This document shows positions 47,561 through 57,300 of a stretch of DNA of 64,000 bases, one piece after another (the first letter of the stretch is position 1; each line of letters starts with the position of its first letter). Origin of the DNA: Verrucomicrobiota bacterium (lineage in GTDB: Bacteria > Verrucomicrobiota > Verrucomicrobiia > Limisphaerales > Palsa-1400); contig JBEKYR010000014.1 of assembly GCA_049510745.1 (NCBI GenBank), positions 1-64,000 on the forward strand. Reading direction: 5' to 3'. Both the position numbers and the translations under genes were made by a program. A model generated the notes under the pieces. It saw only the letters and a list, made by a program, of their open reading frames with translations, was not told the DNA's origin and did no database searches.

Positions 47561-48083
47561 GAACCGCGAGAAAATCCTGGCCATCGCCGCCGGCGTCTGC
47601 GCCGGCCTGTGGCTCTTCAACCTCCTGGTCATTACGCCCATGACCAACGCCTGGCACCGCCGCTCCGCCCAAATCGACAGCCTGCGCAAGGCCATCGCCG
47701 AAGGCACGATGCTCCTCCGGCGGCAGGACACGGTGCGGGGGCGCTGGGACTACATGCGGACCAACGCCCTCTCCAGCAACCCGACCGTCGCCGAGCGGCA
47801 GTTGTTCGTCGCCTTTGACCGCTGGGTCGGCGCCAGCGGCGTGACCGAAGGCTCCTTCCGCCCCCAGTTGCACGAGACCGACGACAATTATTCCACCATC
47901 GAATGCCGGGCGGATGTGACGGGCACCCCCGAAGCCGTCACCCAGTTTCTTTTTGACATGGAAAAAGACCCGATTGGGGTTAAATTGGAGTCATGCGAAC
48001 TGACCTCACGCGACGACAACGGACGACAACTGGCGCTCGCCCTGGACATGAGCGGCTTGATTTTGCCCACACCCAATCCATGA
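47550..48083 (+). CDS. GspM / PilO-like protein
   Basis: NREKIL followed by a TM helix, coiled coil and VTGTPEAVTQFLFDME. Confidence 0.7.
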   Translation: METKNREKILAIAAGVCAGLWLFNLLVITPMTNAWHRRSAQIDSLRKAIAEGTMLLRRQDTVRGRWDYMRTNALSSNPTVAERQLFVAFDRWVGASGVTEGSFRPQLHETDDNYSTIECRADVTGTPEAVTQFLFDMEKDPIGVKLESCELTSRDDNGRQLALALDMSGLILPTPNP

Positions 48084-48652
48084 AATCGTTCGCCCCCATC
48101 ATTATCGCGTCGTTGCTGGTTGCATCCATGAGGGCGCCGGCCCAGGAAACCAATGCCGGGGCCAGGCCGGACTTTAATTCGTTCAAAATCATCGCTGAAA
48201 GAAATATATTTGACCCGACCCGCACGGGGCGGCGCCGGCCCGGCGCCCCGCCCCGCCGCGTCGAGCGCGTCAGCCTGGTGGGCACGAGCATCGATAACGG
48301 GGACGCGGTGGCTATCTTCACAGGCAACGGCGTGCCGGAGCGGCCCTTCAAGACGGGTGATACAGTGAAGGATTTCAAAATTGTCCAGATCACACTGGAT
48401 AGCGTCCGCCTGACGGGCGTGACCAACACCAATATGTTTGTGATGGACTACGACAGCCGAAGGAGCCTGCGCCGCGAGGAGAACGGGCCGTGGCAGGGGT
48501 CGTCCGACCTCTCCGACCCGGTCCTTATTCCCAGCGGCAATGCCGATGACCCGGCGCCGTCCGCCAGCGCCTCCGCCCCGCCCGCGGGCGGCGGCGGCGA
48601 GAGCGACATTATCAAACGACTCAGATTGAAACGCGAACAGGAGGAAAAATGA
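48080..48652 (+). CDS. GspC-like protein
   Basis: N-terminal hydrophobic segment, IAERNIFDP, SLVGT, GDTVKDFKIVQITLDSVRL; lies before the secretin genes. Confidence 0.6.
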   Translation: MKSFAPIIIASLLVASMRAPAQETNAGARPDFNSFKIIAERNIFDPTRTGRRRPGAPPRRVERVSLVGTSIDNGDAVAIFTGNGVPERPFKTGDTVKDFKIVQITLDSVRLTGVTNTNMFVMDYDSRRSLRREENGPWQGSSDLSDPVLIPSGNADDPAPSASASAPPAGGGGESDIIKRLRLKREQEEK

Positions 48653-50214
48653 AAATGAAACACCTTGTCACTATTCTATTGACTACCTTTGCCGCCGGAT
48701 GGCTCGCCGCCGCCGCGGACGACACCACCAACGCGCCCGCCCCCGGCCCGCCCCCGGACGCGACCGCCGCGAACACCGCGCCGACCCCCGCCCCGGCGCC
48801 GGAAACGCCGGACACAAACCTGCCGGCCGAACCGACGCCGACCAACGGCCTTATCCTCAACTTCCACGATGCGCCTTTGAACGCCGTGCTTAATTATCTC
48901 AGCGCCAAGGCGGGGCTGATCATCATGTCGGATGTCGATTTGCGGGGCAAGGTGAGCGTCGTGGCCAAACAACCGGTCACCACCAACGAGATCGTCGATT
49001 TGCTCAGCGAACAACTGGGCAAGAACAACTACGCCGTCAACCTCAACGGCCGCACTCTGACCATTATGGATGCCACCCGCGCCAAGACCAGCGCCCTGAC
49101 TCCCGTCATCGTCGCCAACGGCGGTCCGAACACGATTCCGATCAACGACATCGTCGTCACCGAAATCCTGCCGGTCCACACCCTCAACCCGGGGCAACTG
49201 GTCAAGGACCTTGAAACCCTCATCCCCCCGGGCGACACCGTCACCGCCAACGACGCGGGCAACGCCATCCTCATGACCGCTTCGCAAAAAGACATTCATC
49301 GCATCTCCGAAATCATCGCCGCCCTCGACAGTTCGGCCATTTCCGACGTCGAGGTCTTTATCCTCAAATTCGCCGATGCCAAGTCGGTCGCCTCCGAATT
49401 GAAGGAAGTTTTCCAAAGCGCCGATTCGGACATCACCCGCGCCAACACGCGCAACACGTTTGCCGGCCGCGCCGGCCGGGGCGGGTTCGGCGGCGGGTTC
49501 AACCCCTTCGGTGGCGGCGGCGGCGGGGGCGGCGGCACCGATGACAGCACGAAAACCTCGCAAACCCACGCCGTCTTCGTCTCCGACGATCAAATGAACG
49601 CCGTCGTGGCCAGCACGCCGCCCGACTACATGCGCACCGTCAGCAACATCGTTGAGCAGTTGGACCAACCGAGCCAGGACATCACCGAAATCAAAGTCTT
49701 CCATTTGAAGAACGCCGACCCCCAGGAGATCGCCGACGAACTGTCCACCCTGTTTCCTTCAAGCACCAGTTCGGACCAGAACAGCCGGACGATGGGCTTT
49801 CGGTTTGGCCCGCCGTTTATGCAGCAGCAATCCTCGGCCAATTCCCAAAGCACCCGCATGAAACACCAAACGACCGTGGTGGCCGTGGCCGACCGCCGCA
49901 AGCAAGCGGTGGTCGTCACGGCTTCGAAGGATATGATGACGGAGATCAGAGCGATGATTGCCGACTTGGACGAAGGCACCCAGGGCGTGCAGCATGTTTT
50001 TGCCTTGCCCATCGACAGCGCAGACCCGGCCAGTGTGCAGGAAACCATGACCGGCCTCTTTGCCGGCTCCGGTGCCTCCTCCAAACAAACGCAGACGCAA
50101 ACGGCCTTGAGCGCCCGCGAGCAGAGCAATGCCAACAGCCAATCCACCACCACCACTTCCTCCTCCTCCAGCAGCTTCGGCACCGGCGCCAGCGGAACGA
50201 CCGGAATTCGGTGA
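48649..50214 (+). CDS. gspD: Secretin N-terminal part (N0 plus secretin-N repeats, no barrel)
   Basis: Signal peptide; N0 LILNFHDAPL...RGKVSV; repeats VFILKFADA, VFHLKNADP...VADRRKQAVVV...IADLD. Confidence 0.85.
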   Translation: MKMKHLVTILLTTFAAGWLAAAADDTTNAPAPGPPPDATAANTAPTPAPAPETPDTNLPAEPTPTNGLILNFHDAPLNAVLNYLSAKAGLIIMSDVDLRGKVSVVAKQPVTTNEIVDLLSEQLGKNNYAVNLNGRTLTIMDATRAKTSALTPVIVANGGPNTIPINDIVVTEILPVHTLNPGQLVKDLETLIPPGDTVTANDAGNAILMTASQKDIHRISEIIAALDSSAISDVEVFILKFADAKSVASELKEVFQSADSDITRANTRNTFAGRAGRGGFGGGFNPFGGGGGGGGGTDDSTKTSQTHAVFVSDDQMNAVVASTPPDYMRTVSNIVEQLDQPSQDITEIKVFHLKNADPQEIADELSTLFPSSTSSDQNSRTMGFRFGPPFMQQQSSANSQSTRMKHQTTVVAVADRRKQAVVVTASKDMMTEIRAMIADLDEGTQGVQHVFALPIDSADPASVQETMTGLFAGSGASSKQTQTQTALSAREQSNANSQSTTTTSSSSSSFGTGASGTTGIR

Positions 50215-50243
50215 TCGCAACATCTTTCCAACCAATCAAAAAT

Positions 50244-51491
50244 ATGACCATCCAAACTGCGAAACTTCGGGCCGGCCGGTGGACGGCGCTAGGCCTCTGT
50301 TGCCTGACTCTTCCATTGCTGGCGCAAACCCGGACCGGCGGCGGCGGCGGCGGGGGTGGCGGCTTTGGCGGCGGCGGCTTTGGCGGCGGCGGGGGCGGGG
50401 GGGGCGCGGGACGAACTTCCACCGCCACCTCCGGCACTTCCACCATTGAACGCCCGGCCAACGGCCAGGTCGGCACGGCCAACTTCTATGTCGATCAGGA
50501 TTCGCGGCAGTTGTTTGTCATCGCCGACGACGCGACCGCCGGCTACGTAAGCAACGTGGTGGCCAACCTCAACCGCCCCAAACCGCAGGTCTTGATCAAG
50601 GTCGTCTTCCTGGAAGTCACCTATAATAAAGGCGTGGACATCGGAGTTGAAGGCGGCGTCACCAAAAGAATCAACGCCTCCACCACCAACTCCGCCTCCA
50701 GCCTTTTCGGTCTGGCCCAACAGGGCATCACCCCCAATTCCGCCGGCGTCAACACCCTCCCCGGCGCCGGCCTCTACACCGTCGTCGGCAACGATTTCTC
50801 CGCCACCTTGCGGGCCATCTCCGAAGTCGGGAAGGTCGAAGTCCTCTCCCGCCCCACCGTGCTGGCCCGCAACAATCAGCAAGCCACCATTGTCGTCGGC
50901 CAGGAGGTTCCTCTCATCACCGGCGTCACTTATGACACTTTTGGCAACGAGCACAACGCCATCTCCTACCAGAACGTCGGCATCATCCTCCAAGTCACAC
51001 CGTTCATCACCTCCGACAACATGGTCGAGATGATCCTGGCGCCGCAAATCTCGGAGGTCGATCCCAGCCACTCCCAGGCCATCGCTTACACCACTAACGG
51101 CCAGGCCATCACCGCCCCGTATATCGACATCCGTTCCGCCAACACGGTGGTCGTCACGCCCGACGGCCAGACCGTGGTCATCGGCGGCTTGATGCAAAAC
51201 AGCCGCTCCAGCACCGACAGCAAAATTCCCATTCTGGGGGACATCCCGCTCCTGGGCGCGTTGTTCCATCACAAACTCCAATCCGACACCAAGACCGAGT
51301 TGATTATTCTGCTCACTCCCTACGTGGTCAAGACGCCGTCCGACCTGGCCCGGATGAGCGCCGACGAGCGTGGCCGGGCGCAACTGGCGCCCAAGGCCTT
51401 CTCCCAGGCCGAGTTGAACCAATACCTGGAAGGCGGACAAAGCAAACCACCGCCCCCGGCCGCCCCGTCCGGCTCCCCCCATGCCCGATAA
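50244..51491 (+). CDS. gspD: Secretin C-terminal barrel part with its own signal peptide
   Basis: PQVLIKVVFLEV, VLSRPTVLARNNQQATIVVGQEVP, NVGIILQVTP, DGQTVVIGGL, KIPILGDIPLLGALF, KTELIILLTP. Confidence 0.9.
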   Translation: MTIQTAKLRAGRWTALGLCCLTLPLLAQTRTGGGGGGGGGFGGGGFGGGGGGGGAGRTSTATSGTSTIERPANGQVGTANFYVDQDSRQLFVIADDATAGYVSNVVANLNRPKPQVLIKVVFLEVTYNKGVDIGVEGGVTKRINASTTNSASSLFGLAQQGITPNSAGVNTLPGAGLYTVVGNDFSATLRAISEVGKVEVLSRPTVLARNNQQATIVVGQEVPLITGVTYDTFGNEHNAISYQNVGIILQVTPFITSDNMVEMILAPQISEVDPSHSQAIAYTTNGQAITAPYIDIRSANTVVVTPDGQTVVIGGLMQNSRSSTDSKIPILGDIPLLGALFHHKLQSDTKTELIILLTPYVVKTPSDLARMSADERGRAQLAPKAFSQAELNQYLEGGQSKPPPPAAPSGSPHAR

Positions 51492-51504
51492 AAAGAATTG
51501 ACTC

Positions 51505-52947
51505 ATGATGACTCGCCGTGGATGGGCTGTTTATGGTGTGCTGGCGGCCGTGTGGGTCGCCCTGATTGCCTGGCAGACAGGCGAGCACGTCCGCGTCCGC
51601 AAAGCGCTCCACGATAATCTCATCGATCGGGGCCGCGCGAAAACGACGGCCTGCGGCAAGCTCATGCGCTCGCCCCGCTTTTCCCCGGGCATCATCAACC
51701 GGGAACGGCTCGAAGGCGGCCTCAGTGTCCTGGTCGATACCAATGAGCTTCGCTCGGTCGAACTGCTCAACAATTCCGACGAGGTGGTCGCCTCCGCCGG
51801 GCCGCCCATCAAGTTGCCGCCGCCCAGCGACTTTGAGGGCGGCGTCTATTGGGGCGACGACACCGCCATTCTGAAGTATCCGATTGAATTGGGAACCAAC
51901 ATGGTGGCCGAACTGGTCATCCCCTCCGCGGAGTTGCTTTCCATGCGCACCAATCGTTTGGCCGCCGCCGGCATCAACCCGGACGACCGCCCGCCCTTCG
52001 CCCCCGACCAGCCCCCCCGCCGGGTGGATTTTCGCACCGAGCGTCCTTACTGGATGAAGGAGGAAGATTACAGGGCGCTGATCAACACCAAGAGCGCTCA
52101 CACCTTTGTCGTCGTCTTGTCCGCCCAGCCCGTCCTGGCCGCCCAGCGCGATGATTTCTGGATGCGCGTGTTCATTGCCATGATGGGCACGGTGGCCGTC
52201 GCCGGCTACGGCCTGGCGTGGCGCAGCCTGGTCAAAACGTCCGAGCTGCAATTGCGCCTGGTCCGCGCCAGCGAACAGAACCTGCACCTCAAGGAAATGA
52301 ACATCGCCGCCGCCGGCCTGGCCCATGAAACCCGCAACCCTCTCAACATCATTCGCGGCCTGGCCCAACTCATCTCCAAACACGAGGAGGCCGCCCCTGA
52401 AATCCGCGCCAAGTCCCGCGACATCATTAACGAAACCGACCGCGTCACCGCCCAACTCAACGGCTTCATCAACTACTCCCGTCCCCGCGAAGTGCGCCGC
52501 GCCCCCACCGACCTCGGCGCCGTCGCCGCCGAAGTCGCCCGCGCCCTCAATTACGACCTCGAGGAGAAGAAAATCCAGCTCGAAGTCCTGGTCGAATCCA
52601 TGGTCATCGAAGCCGACGAACAACTGCTGCGCCAGGCCCTCTTCAACCTCGTCCTCAACGCCGTGCAAGCCGTGCCCCCCCAGGGCGTCATTCGCATCCG
52701 CGCCAGCCGGCGCACCAACGAGGAAGCCTTCATCGAAATCTCCGACAACGGCCCCGGCGTGCCCGCCGAGCATCGCGCCGAGATTTTCAAACCCTACTTC
52801 ACCACCCATGCCGAGGGCACCGGCCTGGGTCTGGCCGTCGTCCAGCAAATCGTCCTGGCCCACGGCTGGGAGATCGAGTGCCTGGCCAACCAGCCCGCCG
52901 GCGCGCTCTTTCGCATTTCGCACGTCAAGCTTAAGATGAAGGAGTGA
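51505..52947 (+). CDS. Membrane sensor histidine kinase (ZraS/NtrB-like HisKA)
   Basis: Two TM helices, AAGLAHETRNPL, LRQALFNLVLNAVQA, DNGPG, GTGLGL. Confidence 0.92.
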   Translation: MMTRRGWAVYGVLAAVWVALIAWQTGEHVRVRKALHDNLIDRGRAKTTACGKLMRSPRFSPGIINRERLEGGLSVLVDTNELRSVELLNNSDEVVASAGPPIKLPPPSDFEGGVYWGDDTAILKYPIELGTNMVAELVIPSAELLSMRTNRLAAAGINPDDRPPFAPDQPPRRVDFRTERPYWMKEEDYRALINTKSAHTFVVVLSAQPVLAAQRDDFWMRVFIAMMGTVAVAGYGLAWRSLVKTSELQLRLVRASEQNLHLKEMNIAAAGLAHETRNPLNIIRGLAQLISKHEEAAPEIRAKSRDIINETDRVTAQLNGFINYSRPREVRRAPTDLGAVAAEVARALNYDLEEKKIQLEVLVESMVIEADEQLLRQALFNLVLNAVQAVPPQGVIRIRASRRTNEEAFIEISDNGPGVPAEHRAEIFKPYFTTHAEGTGLGLAVVQQIVLAHGWEIECLANQPAGALFRISHVKLKMKE

Positions 52948-54323
52948 AGAAAGTGTCCAACGACGTTTCCATCGGCCCGCGCGCGCCACGACTCCTGATT
53001 GTCGATGACGACGCCGGCCAGCGCAGCCTGCTGGATTCCTTTCTCAGCAGCCAGGGCTTCGAAACCGTCCCGGTCTCCTCCGGCGAACGCGCCCTCGAAA
53101 TCCTGCGCGAACAGGAAATCAACATGATGATCTCCGACGTGCGCATGCCCGGCCTGACCGGCCTGGAAACCCTCCGCCTGGCCCGCCAGCAACACGGCTC
53201 TTTTCCCATTCTTTTGGTCACCGCCTACGCCGATGTCCGCGACGCCGTCGGCGCCATGCGCGACGGCGCTGTCAATTATCTTTCCAAACCGATTGACCTG
53301 GACGAATTGCTCGCCTCCGTCCGCCAGGCCACCGGCCTGTCCCGGCGCGTGCCGCTCAAATTCGACGCCGGCAAGCAATTGCCCTCCAACATCGTCGCCG
53401 CCAGCCCCCTCATGCAGGCCCTTTTCCGCGACGTCTCCCTCATCGCCGCCTCCGAAAGCCGCGTGCTCATCACCGGCGAAAGCGGGGTGGGCAAGGAAGT
53501 CGTGGCCGATGTCATCCACACTTGGAGCGCGCGGGCCGCCGGAAACCTGGTCAAGGTCAACTGCGCCGCCATTCCCGAAACGTTGCTGGAGAGCGAACTT
53601 TTTGGGCACGAAAAAGGCGCCTTTACCGGCGCAGTCGCCCAGCGCATTGGCCGCTTCCAGATGGCCGACGGCGGCACGATTTTCCTGGATGAAATCGCCG
53701 ACATGGCCCAGCAGCTTCAGGCCAAATTGTTGCGCGTCGCCCAGGATGGCCGTTTCCAGCGCATTGGCTCGAACTCCGAAATCCACGTCAACGCCCGCAT
53801 CCTCGCCGCCACCAACCGCAACCTGGAGGAGGAAGTCAAAGCCGGCCGTTTCCGCGAGGATTTGTTTTACCGGCTCAACGTGGTGGAACTGACCGTGCCC
53901 CCGCTGCGGGAACGGCGCGAGGACATTCTCCCGCTGGCCAATCAATTGCTGGCCGGGTTCACCCAGGGCCGCGCCCGTCTCTCTTCCTCCGCCGCCGCCT
54001 CTCTGGAGGCTTACTCCTGGCCCGGCAACGTCCGCGAACTGGCCAACGCCATGGAACGCGCCGCCTTGTTGTGCCGCGGCGATCTCATTGTGCCCGAACA
54101 CCTGCCCCCCCGCATCCAGTCTGGCGCCCGTCCCGGTGCCGCGCTGGAATCGGCCGACGCCGGCAAGCTCGAGGAAGTCGAAGCGCAAGCCGTTCTCCAG
54201 GCCTTGCGCAAGAACGATTTCAACCGCACCGCCACAGCCAAGGCCCTGGGCATCAGCCGTCGCGCGATGATCTACAAACTCCAGCGCCTGCGCGAGCTTG
54301 GCCACAACGTCGATGCCCCGTAG
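52944..54323 (+). CDS. Sigma54-dependent response regulator (NtrC/ZraR family)
   Basis: REC domain, GESGVGKE, ESELFGHEKGAFTGA, FREDLFYRLNV, WPGNVREL, Fis-type HTH. Confidence 0.95.
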   Translation: MKKVSNDVSIGPRAPRLLIVDDDAGQRSLLDSFLSSQGFETVPVSSGERALEILREQEINMMISDVRMPGLTGLETLRLARQQHGSFPILLVTAYADVRDAVGAMRDGAVNYLSKPIDLDELLASVRQATGLSRRVPLKFDAGKQLPSNIVAASPLMQALFRDVSLIAASESRVLITGESGVGKEVVADVIHTWSARAAGNLVKVNCAAIPETLLESELFGHEKGAFTGAVAQRIGRFQMADGGTIFLDEIADMAQQLQAKLLRVAQDGRFQRIGSNSEIHVNARILAATNRNLEEEVKAGRFREDLFYRLNVVELTVPPLRERREDILPLANQLLAGFTQGRARLSSSAAASLEAYSWPGNVRELANAMERAALLCRGDLIVPEHLPPRIQSGARPGAALESADAGKLEEVEAQAVLQALRKNDFNRTATAKALGISRRAMIYKLQRLRELGHNVDAP

Positions 54324-54350
54324 TCCGCGTCCCCCGGGGATTCCTGATCT

Positions 54351-57300
54351 ATGAAAAGAACAGTCCTGGCACTGCTGGCAATAGCTGCCATCGCTGGTTG
54401 CATGCTGAGTCCGGACGGGATGAAAGGCGCCGACGATATGGCCCAGGGGTTTGCCAATCCGCCCTCTTCCGCCCGTCCGTGGGTTTATTGGTTTCCGCTC
54501 GACGGAAACATCACCAGCAACGGCATCACCGCCGATCTGGAGGCGATGAAACGGGTCGGGATTGGCGGCGTGCTCTACATGGAAACAGACCAAGGCGCGC
54601 CAGAGGGGCCGGCCCGATTCGCGGGACCTTTGTGGCGCGACCTCTTCAAACATATCTGCTCGGAAGCGCGCCGCCTGGGCTTGGAGGTGAACATGAACAA
54701 CGACGCCGGCTGGTGCGGCAGCGGCGGCCCTTGGATCACGCCGGAGCTGTCGATGCAGCGGGTGGTTTGGACCGTGACCAATGTGTCCGGGCCGCTGGTT
54801 TTCACCGGGACCCTCCCCCAGCCCGAAGCCAAATTGAATTTCTATCGCGACATCGCCCTGCTCGCCTTCCCCACACCCGCAATCAGTTACCTGATACCGA
54901 ACATTGGCGACAAGTCGGCCGAAGGGTCGGGGGAGATTCCGCTTCACACCGTTTTTGCGGCGCTGCCTTCGGAGGCGGTCATTCCGCGCGACCGCATCGT
55001 GGACCTCACGGCGCGCCTTGGGGAGGGTGGCCGTCTGGTCTGGGACGTGCCGGCAGGCCGTTGGACGCTCTTGCGCCTCGGACATACGACCACTGGAGTG
55101 GAGAACCACCCCGCCCCGCCCGGCGGCTTGGGATTGGAGAGCGACAAGTTGAGCAAGGAGGCGTCCGACGCGGCGTTTGCCGGCCTGATGGCCAAGGTCA
55201 TTGCTGACTCCAAATCGCTGGCGGGCAAAGGCAAGACGCTGGTTTCAACTCATATCGACAGTTGGGAAACCGGCTCCCAGAATTGGACCCCGCGTTTCCG
55301 CAGGGAGTTCAAGCGGTTGCGCGGTTACGACCCGCTGCCTTTCTTGCCGGTGATGACTGGGCGGGTGGTGGACAATTTGGAAGTTTCCGAACGGTTCCTC
55401 TGGGACGTTCGCAAAACGGTGGACGATCTGCTGCTGGAGAATTACGCCGGCCAATTCCATAAATTGGCCAACCGCCGCGGCCTGCGGCTTTCCATCGAAG
55501 CTTACTTTGGCGAGCCTGCGGAGGACATGGCTTACGCCGGGCGCGCCGACGAGCCAATGGGCGAATTCTGGTCGTGGACCAGATATGGCGCCGCCAGCAG
55601 TTGCACCGAGATGGCTTCGGCGGCCCATATTTATGGCAAGCCCATTTTGGGCGCCGAAGCCTTCACCGCCACTGACGGCGAAAAATGGCAGGGGTATCCC
55701 GGCTCGATCAAAGAACTGGGCGACTGGGCCTTCTGCGAAGGGATCAATCGTTTCGTCTTCCACCGCTATGCCCTTCAACCGTGGACCAATCCCGACCGCC
55801 TTCCCGGCATGTCCATGGGACCGTGGGGGCTTCATTACGAGCGCACTCAAACTTGGTGGGAACAGTCCAAGGCGTGGCACGAATATCTGGCCCGCTGCCA
55901 GTTCATGCTCCGGCAGGGGCTTTTCGCGGCCGACCTCTGTTTTCTTGAGCCGGAAGCGTCCCCACAGGGTTTTCACTCGCCAGTCAAATCCGGCTACGAC
56001 CGTCCGGGTTACGGTTTTGACGGCTGCACGGCGGAAGTTGTGCTCACGCGCATGTCGGTCAAAGCCGGACGGCTTGTATTGCCCGACGGCATGAGCTACC
56101 GGATGCTGGTGTTGCCCAAGGTCGGAACGATGACTCCGCGTCTGTTGGGCAAGATCAAGGAGTTGGTCGCCGCCGGCGCCACCGTTGTGGGCGCGCCGCC
56201 GGTGAAATCGCCCAGTCTGAGCGATTATCCCAAGTGCGACGACGAGGTGAAAAGACTGGCTGGCGAGTTGTGGGGAACAGGCGAACCGCCGGAGCAAGCC
56301 ACCGGGCGTCCCTTTGGCAAAGGCAAAATCATCTGGGGTGGAGAGTTCCGGCTCGATCCCGAACCCACGCCGCAACCCGTCAGTCAACTCAGTTCAGGGA
56401 AATGGATTTGGCGCGCGGAAGGTAATCCCGCGGAAGCCGCGCCGCCAGGCGCCCGTTACTTCCGCCGCCTTCTGACCGTCGAGGCCGCAAGCCCCATCTC
56501 CTCCGCCCGGCTGGAGATGACCGCCGATAATTCTTTCCAGTGCTGGGTCAATGGCCAGAGCGCCGGCAGCGGAGACGACTGGAACCGGATCGTTTCCATG
56601 GACCTCACCCACCTGCTCAAACCGGGCGCGAACCTGCTCGCGGTGGCCGCCGTCAACGGCGGAGACCATCCCAACCCAGCCGGCCTCATCGGATTGCTGA
56701 GCATCAAATACGCCGACGGACGTTCTCAGGAAATCCCCACCGACCAGAGATGGGAGGCGGCGGAAAGCGCGAGCCGCCAATGGATTTCCGACGCGACCGC
56801 ATCCGACGGATGGGCCGCCGCGATGGAACTCGGCCCCCTGGGCATGTCACCTTGGAACTATCCCGCCATGAGTCTCGGCAACCCGGACTCCATTCCTGAC
56901 ATCGATTCTCTTTGCCGCCTGTTGGCCGCGATGAGGGTGCCGGCGGACTTCAGCTTTCAGGCCGCGGACGCCTCGCCATGCCTGCGCTTCATCCATCGCG
57001 TCGCCGGTGGCACGGACCTCTATTTTGTCGCCAATAAATACCCGCGCCCGGAGGACGCCTTGTGCTCCTTCCGCGTTTACGGTCGCCGTCCGGAATTATG
57101 GCGGCCGGATACAGGGCGCATCGAAAGAGCCGCAGCCTATGACGAGCAAGACGGCTGCGTCCGCCTCCCTGTTCGTTTCGATCCGAATGGTTCGGTCTTT
57201 GTTGTATTCCGCGACGGCGCGCCGGTGGAGGAGGACCGGATTACCGCGATGAGCTGCGACGGCGCGCCTCTCCTGACCACCGCTTTGGCCGAGTCCGCTT

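Noticed and set aside
50397..50404. G8 run as a phase-variation switch in the secretin barrel gene
   Set aside because: It is short and explained by poly-Gly codons; there is no evidence of length variation.
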